This document shows, in pieces, positions 1 through 9,485 of a stretch of 64,000 nt of DNA. Source of the DNA: an uncultured Candidatus Saccharibacteria bacterium (lineage in GTDB: Bacteria; Patescibacteriota; Minisyncoccia; Phycocordibacterales; Phycocordibacteraceae). The notes below the pieces were generated by a model. It saw only the letters and a program-made list of their open reading frames with translations, had not been told where the DNA came from and did no database searches. The stretch spans positions 119,599-183,598 of the forward strand of contig CAYHLC010000001.1 in the NCBI GenBank assembly GCA_964357395.1, read 5' to 3'. The position numbers and the translations under genes were made by a program. Every line of letters starts with the position of its first letter. The stretch's first letter is position 1.

Positions 1-893
1 TTAAAAAAGACTCCAAAGACGCGTCCCAGGACTGCTTCCTCGACTCGGTGGTCGCCCGCGGCCTCGGGGGATATCGAGTGCGCCGCGAGTGACGGATTCT
101 CTATAACCGCTGTTGCAAGTGCCTCCTGGTCGCCGTAGAAGGTGAAGACCATTTCCTCTATGTACGGAACAGCGTGTGCCCCAACGAATGCCTCGAGGCG
201 CACCTCCTCGGGTATGCCTGCTTGCGACACTCTGACATCCTCGATTTGGTACGGACCAGCACCGATTGCCTCGAGGTTAAGTGTCGAGAAGGGGAACTCA
301 TCCTGGCTCACGTTCTGCCACAAGTGCTTGGGGAGTATGCCCATCGTCGTATTCTGAAGGAACGGAGCGTACGGGCTCTTGAGTGTAAAACTCACCGTGC
401 GCTCGTCCACTTCTGTAACAACAACACCCTCCCAGTTTGGACGCTTGGGACTCTTCAGTCCCGGGCTCTGTGCAAGCCCTATGGTAAAGGCGACGTCGGA
501 GGCTGTAATAGGCGTGCCGTCGTGGAATTCAGCGCCACTACGAATGGTAAATGTGTATGTTAAATGGTCGTCAGAAATGCTGTAGCTCTCTGCAATATCG
601 GGGATGAGCTCGCCCTCGGGGGTTGTGCGCATGAGCCCTGCATGGACGAGGGCGGTCATATCGCGGTCAGAGTCGGAGAGAGCGAGCAAAGGGTTAATGA
701 AGCGAGGGACACCAACGACACCCTCGTAGTACGTGCCGCCTCGAGCAGGGACCTCTGTGGTGAAGTGCAAGGAGACTTGCGCCAAAATGGTGCCAGCCGC
801 GAGGATTGCGATGCCACCCAAAATGGCCACCACCACCCAGTCGGATGGCGAAAAAGGAACACGTTGTAGGAATGAGGGCACTAAGGGCCGCAT
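1..893 (-). CDS. ABC transporter substrate-binding protein, family 5 (OppA/DppA-like); N-terminal ~297 aa, C-terminus beyond window edge
   Basis: Own translation of minus strand from ATG at 893 stays open to position 1: MRPLVPSFLQRVPFSPSDWVVVAILGGIAILAAG (signal anchor) ... YTFTIRSGAEFHDGTPITASDVAFTIGLAQSPGL, matching the conserved family-5 SBP motif region. Absent from ORF track because partial. Confidence 0.55.
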   Translation of the reverse strand, partial: MRPLVPSFLQRVPFSPSDWVVVAILGGIAILAAGTILAQVSLHFTTEVPARGGTYYEGVVGVPRFINPLLALSDSDRDMTALVHAGLMRTTPEGELIPDIAESYSISDDHLTYTFTIRSGAEFHDGTPITASDVAFTIGLAQSPGLKSPKRPNWEGVVVTEVDERTVSFTLKSPYAPFLQNTTMGILPKHLWQNVSQDEFPFSTLNLEAIGAGPYQIEDVRVSQAGIPEEVRLEAFVGAHAVPYIEEMVFTFYGDQEALATAVIENPSLAAHSISPEAAGDHRVEEAVLGRVFGVFF

Positions 894-905
894 GTTACGT
901 TCGAA

Positions 906-1142
906 TTACGCGAGCAATACCAAGAGGGAGGTTGCTGCGAACAACACTCCAAGCACAATCGTCGCGCGGAAGAGGAATAGCTCGGAACCGCGACGCTTGT
1001 AGTATGTCGAACCTCCTGCGTCTGTAAAGGCGCCACCCACTTGGGCGCCGCGTGTCTGCAAGAGTACTGTACCCACGATTAGGATCGAGAGTACAATCTG
1101 CACCACCGGGAGAAACCCGCTTAAGCTACTGAGGAGTGGCAT
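906..1142 (-). CDS. secG: preprotein translocase subunit SecG (78 aa)
   Basis: C-terminal part of track ORF 906..1526(-) from internal Met: MPLLSSLSGFLPVVQIVLSILIVGTVLLQTRGAQVGGAFTDAGGSTYYKRRGSE..., the SecG signature (TM helix, LLQ..G..GGAFG, second TM). The upstream part of that track ORF is antisense to groES and rejected. Confidence 0.6.
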   Translation of the reverse strand: MPLLSSLSGFLPVVQIVLSILIVGTVLLQTRGAQVGGAFTDAGGSTYYKRRGSELFLFRATIVLGVLFAATSLLVLLA

Positions 1143-1256
1143 ACCTTGGATCAGCGTATCGTAGCATGCGCGCCCCGGCCCGGCAACCAAGCTCCTGTTG
1201 AAACGAATACGCCAAACGTTGACCGCGCCGCCTACTTCCTTTATAGTTACGACACT

Positions 1257-1625
1257 ATGAAGAAAAAGACTAAGAAGGGAGTGAATGCTAAGAAACAGAA
1301 GAAGGTTGCAGTCAAGTCCAGCAGATCGACTGCTCCGATAGTCCCCCTCAATGATCGCGTCCTCGTCAGGCCACTCTCGGCCGATGATATGGCCACGACA
1401 ACAGCATCCGGCATTATTATTCCAGATTCGGCAAAGGAGAAGCCGGAGCAGGGCACCGTTATTGCGGTAGGGCCAGGCAAGTGGGAAGACGGCAAGCGCA
1501 CACCAGTTGGCGTATCTGTCGGTCACAAGGTTGTAGTCCGTGAATATTCGAAGAATGTCATTAAGATCAAGGGTGAAGAGTATTGGATTATTTCAGAGTC
1601 AGACGTTTTAGCGATCATCAACTAA
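1257..1625 (+). CDS. groES: co-chaperonin GroES with ~28-aa lysine-rich N-terminal extension
   Basis: ATG at 1257 gives MKKKTKKGVNAKKQKKVAVKSSRSTAPIVPLNDRVLVRP...EYSKNVIKIKGEEYWIISESDVLAII. Ends 1 nt before groEL. A TTGACC-17-TATAGT promoter ends 7 nt before the ATG. Confidence 0.9.
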   Translation: MKKKTKKGVNAKKQKKVAVKSSRSTAPIVPLNDRVLVRPLSADDMATTTASGIIIPDSAKEKPEQGTVIAVGPGKWEDGKRTPVGVSVGHKVVVREYSKNVIKIKGEEYWIISESDVLAIIN

Positions 1626-1626
1626 C

Positions 1627-3273
1627 ATGGCCAAAAAAATACTTTTCGACGCGGACGCACGCTCCGCTATTAAGGCAGGTATCGACGCTGCAGCACGCGC
1701 AGTCAAGGTGACCCTTGGTCCCCGTGGACGTAACGTCATTTTGGACAAGGGATACGGCGGCCCGCACATGACGAACGATGGCGTGACTATCGCCAAGGAG
1801 ATCTCGTTCAAAGACAAGTTTATGAACATGGGTGCGGAGATAGTGAAGGAGGTTGCAAATAAAACCAACGACCTAGCGGGTGACGGTACCACAACGTCAG
1901 TAGTCCTCTTCCAGGCACTCGTCGACGAGGGCATGAAGCAGACATCAATGGGCGTCAACGCGATGCTGATTCGCTCTGGTATGGAGAAGGCGGCCGAAGC
2001 AACGGTGAAGGCTCTGAAGGCGATAGCAAAGCCGGTCGCAGGTGACAAGGATATCAAGCAGGTGGCAACCATCTCCGCCGAGAGCGCAGAGATCGGCGAG
2101 ACCATTGCAGCAGTCATTGGTGAGGTAGGCCAGAACGGTGTCGTAACGGTAGAGGAATCTCCATCATTTGGAATAGAGAAGGAGGTGGTAGAGGGACTTG
2201 AGTTCGACCGCGGGTACGTCTCGGCGTACATGGTCACGAATCCAGAGAAGATGGAGGCGTCATACAAAGATGCGCAGATATTGATTACTGACAAGAAGAT
2301 CACCTCGGTGCAGGAGATCCTCCCAGTGCTCGAGGCGGTGGCACGTACTGGGAAGAAGGAGTTGGTGATTATCGCAGATGACGTGGAGGGCGAGGCACTG
2401 GCCACCTTCGTACTGAACCGCCTCAAAGGCGCGTTCAACGTCCTTGCAGTCAAGGCCCCAGGGTATGGCGATAGGAAGAAGGAGATGCTCCAGGACATCG
2501 CCATCATGACGGGCGGCACCGTCATTACTGAGGAAGTGGGACTCAAGCTCGACAAGACAGAGCTCACCATGCTCGGCCGCGCAGCAAAGGTGATCGCGAC
2601 CAAGGACTCGACTATTATCGTCGGAGGGAAGGGGACTAAGAAGGAGATCGACTCGCGCGTCGGCTCACTCAAGAAGCAGCTTGGTGATACTGATTCGAAG
2701 TTTGATAAGGAAAAGCTGGAGGAGCGCATCGCCAAGCTCTCGGGTGGCGTCGCGGTCATCCGTGTTGGTGCTGCAACGGAAACGGAGATGAAGTACTTGA
2801 AGGATAAGATCGAGGACGCAGTAAATGCTACGAAGGCAGCGATCGCAGAGGGTATCGTCCCAGGAGGCGGGACGGCGCTCGTAAAGGCCGCACAGAAAGT
2901 CGAGGCAGAGACGAACTGGGACAAGTTGAGCGCTGAGGAGGCGGTCGGCTACCGCATCGTCCTTGCTGCACTCGAGAAGCCCTTGAAGCAGATCGCAATG
3001 AACGCAGGCAAGGAGTCAGGCGAAGTCGTCGTTCAGGAGGTTAAGAAGGCAAAAGGCTTTGCAGGATACGATGCAGTCAAGGACGAGATCGTCCCTGACA
3101 TGATGGCTGCTGGCATTATCGACCCAGTCAAGGTGACACGCGGCGGTGTGCAGCATGCAGTATCAGCAGCAGCTATCCTCCTCACAACTGAAGCCGCGAT
3201 AGCAGACGAGCCAGAGGAGAAGCCTGCTGGTGGCGCCCCAGGTATGGGCGGCATGGGCGGAATGGACTACTAG
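1627..3273 (+). CDS. groL: chaperonin GroEL (548 aa) with C-terminal GGM repeats
   Basis: Track ORF; MAKKILFDADAR...GPRGRNV...DGTTT...AVKAPGYGDRKK...PGMGGMGGMDY. Confidence 0.97.
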   Translation: MAKKILFDADARSAIKAGIDAAARAVKVTLGPRGRNVILDKGYGGPHMTNDGVTIAKEISFKDKFMNMGAEIVKEVANKTNDLAGDGTTTSVVLFQALVDEGMKQTSMGVNAMLIRSGMEKAAEATVKALKAIAKPVAGDKDIKQVATISAESAEIGETIAAVIGEVGQNGVVTVEESPSFGIEKEVVEGLEFDRGYVSAYMVTNPEKMEASYKDAQILITDKKITSVQEILPVLEAVARTGKKELVIIADDVEGEALATFVLNRLKGAFNVLAVKAPGYGDRKKEMLQDIAIMTGGTVITEEVGLKLDKTELTMLGRAAKVIATKDSTIIVGGKGTKKEIDSRVGSLKKQLGDTDSKFDKEKLEERIAKLSGGVAVIRVGAATETEMKYLKDKIEDAVNATKAAIAEGIVPGGGTALVKAAQKVEAETNWDKLSAEEAVGYRIVLAALEKPLKQIAMNAGKESGEVVVQEVKKAKGFAGYDAVKDEIVPDMMAAGIIDPVKVTRGGVQHAVSAAAILLTTEAAIADEPEEKPAGGAPGMGGMGGMDY

Positions 3274-3501
3274 TTCCTATGGCCGAGAAGTGACCAAAAC
3301 CGCCAACACAAGGCGAACAAATGCAGTTCTCGCGCAAGCTCGTGGAGTGGTTGCAGTCGATACTTATGTTGGTGAGGGGAATTGTTGTTCCGCGACCGGC
3401 ATACAGAAGGCAGGAGACCTCGATAAAGAAGAAACCCCACCCACCACGTAGTAGTAAGATCAAGGGAGGGTTTCTCTAGATGCATTTGCTATAATGGGGG
3501 G

Positions 3502-4062
3502 ATGACACCCTTCTATATCGTTTTAGGCGTTGTTGTCGTCATCGGCCTGTACTTGGTCATGACCTACAACCGTTTTGTTACCCTCGTTAACCGCACCAAG
3601 GAGGCATGGGCCGACATCGACGTGCAGCTGAAGCGCCGGTACGACCTTATTCCTAACCTCGTCTCAACCGTGCAGGGCTATGCCGCGCACGAGAAGCAGG
3701 CGTTCGAGAATGTCACTAAGGCCCGCGCAGCTGCAATGGGGGCGCAATCAGTCGAGGATCACGCAAAAGCGGAGAACATGCTGACCGGGGCACTGAAGTC
3801 AATCTTCGCTATTGCTGAGGCGTACCCAGACCTGAAGGCGAACCAGAACTTCCTCGAGCTGCAGCGCGAGCTATCGGATACAGAGAACAAGATCCAGGCA
3901 GCGCGCCGCTTCTACAACGGCAATGTGCAGGATTTGAAGACCGCTCTCGAGCAGTTCCCCTCTAACATCGTCGGCAACATGTTCAGCTTCAAGGGCATGG
4001 ACTTCTTCCTGCTCGCCGCAGACGAGCAAGCCGCCAAGAATCCTGTCGCAGTGAAGTTTTAA
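3502..4062 (+). CDS. LemA family membrane protein
   Basis: Track ORF; N-terminal TM then NRFVTLVNRTKEAWADIDVQLKRRYDLIPNLV... typical of LemA. Confidence 0.85.
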   Translation: MTPFYIVLGVVVVIGLYLVMTYNRFVTLVNRTKEAWADIDVQLKRRYDLIPNLVSTVQGYAAHEKQAFENVTKARAAAMGAQSVEDHAKAENMLTGALKSIFAIAEAYPDLKANQNFLELQRELSDTENKIQAARRFYNGNVQDLKTALEQFPSNIVGNMFSFKGMDFFLLAADEQAAKNPVAVKF

Positions 4063-4070
4063 GATTCTGA

Positions 4071-4955
4071 ATGGCTACGCTCTACTCGCAAGCGGATAGC
4101 AATATACGTCGCACGTGGGTGTTGATGCTCACGTTCTTCATCGCGGTTGTCGGACTTGGGTGGGCGCTGTCCTTCGCGCTCGATAACCAGTTCATCCTCT
4201 ACGCTGCGGTCGGGCTCTCGTTGGTTATGAACGTCGGCTCGTACTGGTTTTCAGACAAGGTCGCCCTTAGCGCGAGTGGCGCCAAGCCCGCAGACGGACC
4301 AGAGTATGTAGAGCTCAACCGGATAGTAGAGAATCTTGCTATTACGGAAGGTATGCCAAAGCCGAATGTGTACATCATCAACGACCCCGCACCAAACGCG
4401 TTTGCTACCGGCCGGGACCCAAAGCATGGCGCTGTTGCAGTGACGACCGGCCTCCTCCGGATGATGGAGCGTTCAGAACTCGAGGGCGTACTTGCGCACG
4501 AACTCAGCCACATCAAGAATCGCGACACCCTGGTTATGACGGTGGTCGTCGTTCTTTTAGGAATCGTGACGCTCTTGTCGGATTTCTTCATCCGCTCACA
4601 AATGTTTGGTGGGGGAGACAGAGATAACAAGGCAGCTCCGTATCTAATGATCATCGGCATTGTGCTCGCGATACTCTCGCCAATCATTGCGCAGCTCATA
4701 CAACTCGCGATCTCTAGGCGGCGCGAGTTCCTCGCAGACGCCTCCGGCGCGCTTATGACTCGCTACCCAGAGGGCCTCGCGAGTGCTCTCACAAAAATAG
4801 GCGCCTACGCAGCGCCTATGCAGCGGGCCAACAATGCGACCGCGCACCTATTTATATCCAACCCCTTTGGCGCAGGCGCCATGAAGGGCATAGCCAAGTT
4901 CTTTATGACTCACCCTCCGGTAGAGGAGCGGGTTAGGGCTCTTCTCGGCAAGTGA
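4071..4955 (+). CDS. htpX: HtpX-like M48 zinc metalloprotease
   Basis: Track ORF; HELSHIKNRD (HExxH) plus polytopic membrane topology. Confidence 0.85.
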   Translation: MATLYSQADSNIRRTWVLMLTFFIAVVGLGWALSFALDNQFILYAAVGLSLVMNVGSYWFSDKVALSASGAKPADGPEYVELNRIVENLAITEGMPKPNVYIINDPAPNAFATGRDPKHGAVAVTTGLLRMMERSELEGVLAHELSHIKNRDTLVMTVVVVLLGIVTLLSDFFIRSQMFGGGDRDNKAAPYLMIIGIVLAILSPIIAQLIQLAISRRREFLADASGALMTRYPEGLASALTKIGAYAAPMQRANNATAHLFISNPFGAGAMKGIAKFFMTHPPVEERVRALLGK

Positions 4956-5184
4956 CCTACATTCCTACGAGCACCCTAAGAAACTCTGCCGCTTCATTTC
5001 CTGCGTTATCTGCTAATTGCTCTGCTTGGGTCAGCATCTGCTCGATAGCTGATACCTCTCCCTCTAATGCCTCGAAACGTCCCTCCATAGATGTTTGCTT
5101 AGGCTTATAATCTGACACTAGCCTTACCTATGCCTAGCGGTACGGGTTACGCATATGCTATACAAATAGAGCTACAGAGCAAAA

Positions 5185-5272
5185 GGAGACGTCGCATAGC
5201 GGTCTAGTGCACCACCTTGGAAAGGTGGCAATCGGGAAACCGGTTCGAGAGTTCGAATCTCTCCGTCTCCGC
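5185..5272 (+). tRNA. tRNA-Ser (anticodon GGA), class II with long variable arm
   Basis: Hand fold: acceptor GGAGACG/CGTCTCC, anticodon stem CCACC/GGTGG, loop TTGGAAA, variable arm CAATCGGGAAACCGGTTC, T-loop TTCGAAT. 3' end is G-CC (no full CCA). Confidence 0.85.
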
Positions 5273-5330
5273 CGAGCAGGGTGTCGCCGAGGTTAGGATG
5301 CCGCCATTGTTAGTCTGATACCATCTCCCT

Positions 5331-5756
5331 ATGGACACTTTCTCAGAATCCGACTTCGACATAAAGAAGTCATTGATCCTGCCCGTCAATTCGAAACGGG
5401 AATTGTTTGTACAGGATCGCCGCGGGCACAAAAAACCGGATTGGGGTTATTTTGGAGGCGGTATCGAACCAGGCGAGACCCCACTTGAGGCGGTGATACG
5501 GGAGAGTAAGGAAGAGCTTTGTATAAATCTTAAGGAATCCGATTTGGTACCGCTCGGAATTTCAACAACCAGTTGGGATGATGTGAAGATGCTCCGGTAT
5601 TTATATCTTTACCGAACGGATCAGGTGGAGTTTGATGTCCGCGAGGGTAAGGGTGGGCTGTGGCTCACGTTTGATGAGGCGCGAGAGCGTATGGATGGGA
5701 GGGATCTACTAGATGATGTGGTCGCGAGGATCAATCGCGCCCTCGACGCAGCGTAG
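5331..5756 (+). CDS. NUDIX hydrolase
   Basis: Nudix box GGGIEPGETPLEAVIRESKEELCI. Confidence 0.8.
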   Translation: MDTFSESDFDIKKSLILPVNSKRELFVQDRRGHKKPDWGYFGGGIEPGETPLEAVIRESKEELCINLKESDLVPLGISTTSWDDVKMLRYLYLYRTDQVEFDVREGKGGLWLTFDEARERMDGRDLLDDVVARINRALDAA

Positions 5757-5794
5757 GGGAGTGCACTACTCTGGCGTGATGCTGCAAAAAGCCG

Positions 5795-6808
5795 TTGTAT
5801 TATAGGGGCATGAATGGTGTAAACCCGCAGTACGTCATCGCCGGGATAGGCGTACTTATTATTATTGGTATCGCCGGCTATAGCGCGCTCGGCCCCTCAG
5901 CCGTCACTACTGACGAGCCGGTAGTTGCGGTGTCTGGCCCGGAGGGGACAGAGGAAGTGGCTACAGTACAGCCATCAGAGACAACTACTACTCCGAAACC
6001 TACGACACCAAAGCCAACTTCGCCAACACCAAACCCTTCGACCGGTGCGGGATCTCCAGCCGCACCTTCGACCCCAGCTGAAACGCCGGCAGCTCCACCA
6101 GAATCCACACCACCGGTAGCTCCGACAGCACCAACGGCTCCAGCGGCATACAACCCAGGCTTTCAAGCATCGACTCGCGTGCACCCTGGTATTCCGTCAG
6201 AAAACGAGCGTGCCACGCTGCCATCTTGCGATGGCAAAAAGTTTACTATCGACCCAGTCAATTTCGGTGCGGTAACGTCGATCACTGCAAATGGGAGCTT
6301 CAGCGGCGTCGCCCCGCATGAGTATGCAGTTATTCGACTCAACACCACTGGCACTGAGGCCATGTACGACCTTACCGCGCCACAGGACGTGTGGGTGACG
6401 TCTTTGGTGCAAGAGAGTGGACTCTCCGTCGACTCGAGCGATACCACCATTTACTTTGCGCTATGCAAAGATGTGATCGGCTACACTACGCACATCAAGG
6501 AACTCTCTACACAGACATACAAGATACTGACCGACTCATACTGCTTCGGCAAGCCGCATACGGGACCTAATGCCTGCAAGATCGAGATACTCCAACTGAT
6601 CGGTGGTGGCTCGTCGCTCGGCAAGGTAGGTAGGCTTGAGGGCGCCTTTGGGCTCGGCGTTATTGACCTTAGGACAGAGCGAGGCCTCATGAATCCAAGC
6701 GTATACTCGGTTATTACGAACTTTGCTCGCTGCCCCTTCAGCTACTTCACCAACGCAGAGGCGTTCAACAACAAGCTCACCGGCACTTCGGACCTGTGTG
6801 TGCAGTAG
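5795..6808 (+). CDS. hypothetical membrane-anchored protein with Pro/Thr-rich linker and Cys-containing C-terminal domain
   Basis: Track ORF; N-terminal TM (VIAGIGVLIIIGIAGY), ~90-aa PT-rich low-complexity linker, then globular domain with 6 Cys. No recognised family. Confidence 0.55.
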   Translation: MYYRGMNGVNPQYVIAGIGVLIIIGIAGYSALGPSAVTTDEPVVAVSGPEGTEEVATVQPSETTTTPKPTTPKPTSPTPNPSTGAGSPAAPSTPAETPAAPPESTPPVAPTAPTAPAAYNPGFQASTRVHPGIPSENERATLPSCDGKKFTIDPVNFGAVTSITANGSFSGVAPHEYAVIRLNTTGTEAMYDLTAPQDVWVTSLVQESGLSVDSSDTTIYFALCKDVIGYTTHIKELSTQTYKILTDSYCFGKPHTGPNACKIEILQLIGGGSSLGKVGRLEGAFGLGVIDLRTERGLMNPSVYSVITNFARCPFSYFTNAEAFNNKLTGTSDLCVQ

Positions 6809-6838
6809 CCTGCGAGCCCATTTCATGCTATAGTACTA

Positions 6839-7125
6839 GGAGCGTCAGGTAGTCGCTCTTTGAGAGAGGAAAGTCCGAACACACCCCCGCAAGGGGAGAA
6901 TCGTAGCGGGTAACCCCCGTCCAGTCCTCGGGCACGAGGCTGAGAGGTGCGAACAGAAACGATCCGGTTTAGTCCGGCTGAAACGGCAAAATCCTTACGT
7001 GTGTGCAAGGCCGTGCCCCACGAGCAATCGAGGGGAGTGCCGCAAAGATCCTGCTGGTAACAGTAGGGCAAGACAAATGGCTATCACCCGCAAGGGTACA
7101 GAATTCGGCTTATCGACGCGAAGTG
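6839..7125 (+). ncRNA. rnpB: RNase P RNA (bacterial type, minimal ~290 nt)
   Basis: Universally conserved P4 strands present: GAGGAAAGTCCG (6863-6874) and ACAGAATTCGGCTTATCG (7098-7115). P2 AGTCGC present, tiny P3 hairpin CTCTTTGAGAG. 5' GCGTC pairs 3' GACGC as P1. TATAGT -10 box at 6829-6834. Ends approximate. Confidence 0.75.
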
Positions 7126-7138
7126 CCCACAAGTGAGA

Positions 7139-7167
7139 ACACCCCTTATCGGGGGTGTTTTCTTTTT
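7139..7167 (+). terminator. rho-independent terminator after rnpB
   Basis: ACACCCC-TTATC-GGGGGTG followed by TTTTCTTTTT. Confidence 0.8.
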
Positions 7168-7205
7168 GGAGGGTATACTGGAGAGATACTAATAGTAAGT
7201 TATTT

Positions 7206-9479
7206 ATGGATACCACACGTTCGTTCCTATCCCTTTGGTCGTACCGCCTCTATATTGGGGCACTTTTCGTGCTGCCGTGGCTCGTTATTCCATCTTCAGT
7301 AGTCCCGTTTGCCTCATTCAAGATGGCACTCGCTGCCGGCCTTATTGGTCTCTCCGTCGTTCTTGCTATTGCAGCGGCGCTCTGGCGCGGCCAGATCAGC
7401 GTCCCATGGAGCATGCTCATGATCTCCGTGTGGGGAGTTGTGGGTGCGTATCTAGTCTCCACGCTGTTCGTACCGTCACCGATCAGCTCACTCATCGGTG
7501 CGGACCTCGCAGTCGACACGGTATTCTTTGTGGCACTCCTCGGTACAGCGCTCATGGTGCCGTTTTATGTCTTTGAGTCGCGGGCGGACTTCATGCGTGC
7601 GTTCTTTGTGGTTCTGGTTTCATCATGGGTCGTCGCTATTATCCACATACTCCGACTCCTTGTGGGGCCAGAGTTCCTCGCCTTCGGCGTGTACGGTTCG
7701 ACGCTCTTTTCGGTCCTCGGTAAGTGGAATGACCTTGGCCTCTTCTTTGGCCTCATCTCAGCACTCAGCCTCATTACGCTCGAAGCGCTGCCGCTCCAGG
7801 CAGTGTACGCCTGGGTTCTCCGCGTCTCTCTCGTAGTGTCGCTGTTCTTTGTTGCTCTCACTAACTTTATTCCAGTATGGGTGTTCCTTGGCCTCCTCGC
7901 GCTCGGCGTGGTGCTATACCGCGCGGTACTTGTTCGAGGTGCCGGAGGTGGCTTCTCACTCCCAGCTACAGCTGTCCTGCTCCTCGCCATCGTATGCACG
8001 CTCTTTACGGGTATCGGCACAGGCCTTTCGGCCGCAACCTCGACCGAGCAGATCGAGGCACGTCCGTCGCTCGGAGCAACGATGTCTGTCGTCAGCTCCG
8101 TACTGAACGAGAGCCCTCTGATCGGCTCTGGTCCCAATACCTTTATCTACGGCTGGGACAAGTATCGACCGCTGAGCCTCAATGGTTCCGTATTCTGGAA
8201 TGCGGACTTCAATGCTGGGGTCGGCTTTATCCCCACATCGCTCGCAACTGGTGGACTCCTCGCAGGAGCAGCATGGCTCCTCTTCATAGGCCTCTTTGTG
8301 ATTATGGGAGTGCGTGGACTACTCCTTGCACCACCAACCGACCCATCGACGTACTACCTCATGCTGGCCTCGTTCACTGCGGGACTCTACGTCCTCATTA
8401 TGGCGCTCCTCTACATTCCGAGCCCGGTCGTACTACTTATCGGCTTTGCAGCGATTGGTATGTGTGCAGCTTTGTACCACCGCGAACGCGGGGGTAGCGT
8501 GTGGACCATCGTGTTTGCCGAGCGCCCACGCCTTGGGTTTGTTGCAGTGCTCTCACTGACCATCAAGCTTATACTCGTCGTGCTGTTCCTCGCCGGAGTT
8601 GGCATGGCGTTCACCTCTGCTGTTGCATACGAGCGAGCATATGCCGCCGCACAAACTGCAGATACTCGAGGGGTCGCGATGGAGCATATCGCAGCAAGTA
8701 TTGCGGCAATGCCAACAGAGCGAGCACACCGCCTGGCGGTTGCTATCGAGCTCGCTCGACTCGACTCTGTAATCCAAGGCGCTTCCGGAGCTCCTTCGGA
8801 GACTGCACAAGCTGAGTTTCAGACCCGCCTTGGTTCCGCAGTAGAGCATGGACTTGCGGCAACAAATGGGGATGCTCGCGACTATCGAAACTGGCTCTCT
8901 CTCGGCAATGCGTACCACAGCGTTGTTGCGCTTAATGTCGATGGCGCCTATGAGTCAGCAAAAAACGCATACCAGCGTGCTGCAGAACTGAACCCGATAA
9001 TCCCTACAGTGCCGTACGCACAAGCTCAGCTCGAGATCTCACGTCAGCAGAGCGGAGCCTCGCGCCCGTTCCTCGAGTCAGCAATTAGCCTTAAGGCGGA
9101 CTTCGTCCCAGCTCTCGTGCTCCTCGCACAGCTCGAACTCGCAGAGGGGAACCTCCCGCAGGCAATCGAGCGCGCCGAGGCAGCCTCGGTTTTTGAGCCA
9201 ACAAACCCACTCCTGCAGTTCCAAACTGGTGTGCTGAAGTTCGAGCAGAAGGACTATGCGGGGGCCCGCACCGCGTTCGACGCTGCTCTAGAGCTCGCGC
9301 CTGACTACTCGAACGCTCGGTACTACCTCGGCCGGACACTCTTTGCTACTGCTGACGTGCCTGGCGCGATAGCAGCGTTCGAGGAGGTGCTACGTCTGAA
9401 CCCTGAGAACACGGAGGTCGCGGCAATTATTGAGTCGCTCAAAACCGGTGATGATCCGTTTGCCGCTCCAAAAGAGTAG
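7206..9479 (+). CDS. O-antigen ligase (Wzy_C)-like polytopic membrane protein with C-terminal TPR repeats
   Basis: Track ORF 7155..9479 trimmed to Met at 7206 (MDTTRSFLSL) because 7155 overlaps the rnpB terminator. ~12 TM helices then TPR-like repeats (AYQRAAELNP, AFDAALELAPDYSNARYYLG, AFEEVLRLNPEN). Confidence 0.7.
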   Translation: MDTTRSFLSLWSYRLYIGALFVLPWLVIPSSVVPFASFKMALAAGLIGLSVVLAIAAALWRGQISVPWSMLMISVWGVVGAYLVSTLFVPSPISSLIGADLAVDTVFFVALLGTALMVPFYVFESRADFMRAFFVVLVSSWVVAIIHILRLLVGPEFLAFGVYGSTLFSVLGKWNDLGLFFGLISALSLITLEALPLQAVYAWVLRVSLVVSLFFVALTNFIPVWVFLGLLALGVVLYRAVLVRGAGGGFSLPATAVLLLAIVCTLFTGIGTGLSAATSTEQIEARPSLGATMSVVSSVLNESPLIGSGPNTFIYGWDKYRPLSLNGSVFWNADFNAGVGFIPTSLATGGLLAGAAWLLFIGLFVIMGVRGLLLAPPTDPSTYYLMLASFTAGLYVLIMALLYIPSPVVLLIGFAAIGMCAALYHRERGGSVWTIVFAERPRLGFVAVLSLTIKLILVVLFLAGVGMAFTSAVAYERAYAAAQTADTRGVAMEHIAASIAAMPTERAHRLAVAIELARLDSVIQGASGAPSETAQAEFQTRLGSAVEHGLAATNGDARDYRNWLSLGNAYHSVVALNVDGAYESAKNAYQRAAELNPIIPTVPYAQAQLEISRQQSGASRPFLESAISLKADFVPALVLLAQLELAEGNLPQAIERAEAASVFEPTNPLLQFQTGVLKFEQKDYAGARTAFDAALELAPDYSNARYYLGRTLFATADVPGAIAAFEEVLRLNPENTEVAAIIESLKTGDDPFAAPKE

Positions 9480-9485
9480 TACGTA

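Noticed and set aside
1143-1256. Looked for a CIRCE (HrcA) inverted repeat upstream of groES
   Set aside because: No TTAGCACTC-N9-GAGTGCTAA-like element; only a sigma70-type promoter is evident.
906-1526. Track ORF 206 aa on minus strand spanning the groES region
   Set aside because: Only the C-terminal 78 aa (SecG) looks real. The N-terminal part is antisense to the well-supported groES gene and has no protein-like features.
1608-2924. 438-aa minus-strand ORF inside groEL
   Set aside because: Antisense to groEL; a low-complexity Ser/Ala/Pro-rich translation of the kind high-GC DNA produces on the wrong strand.
3487-3500. TATAAT immediately before lemA as a full promoter annotation
   Set aside because: No convincing -35 element. 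Recorded only as part of the genome-wide leaderless pattern rather than as a discrete feature.
7565-8497. Several 100-200-aa ORFs on both strands inside the O-antigen-ligase-like gene
   Set aside because: They overlap the long coherent membrane-protein ORF; Arg/Ser/Pro-rich junk translations.
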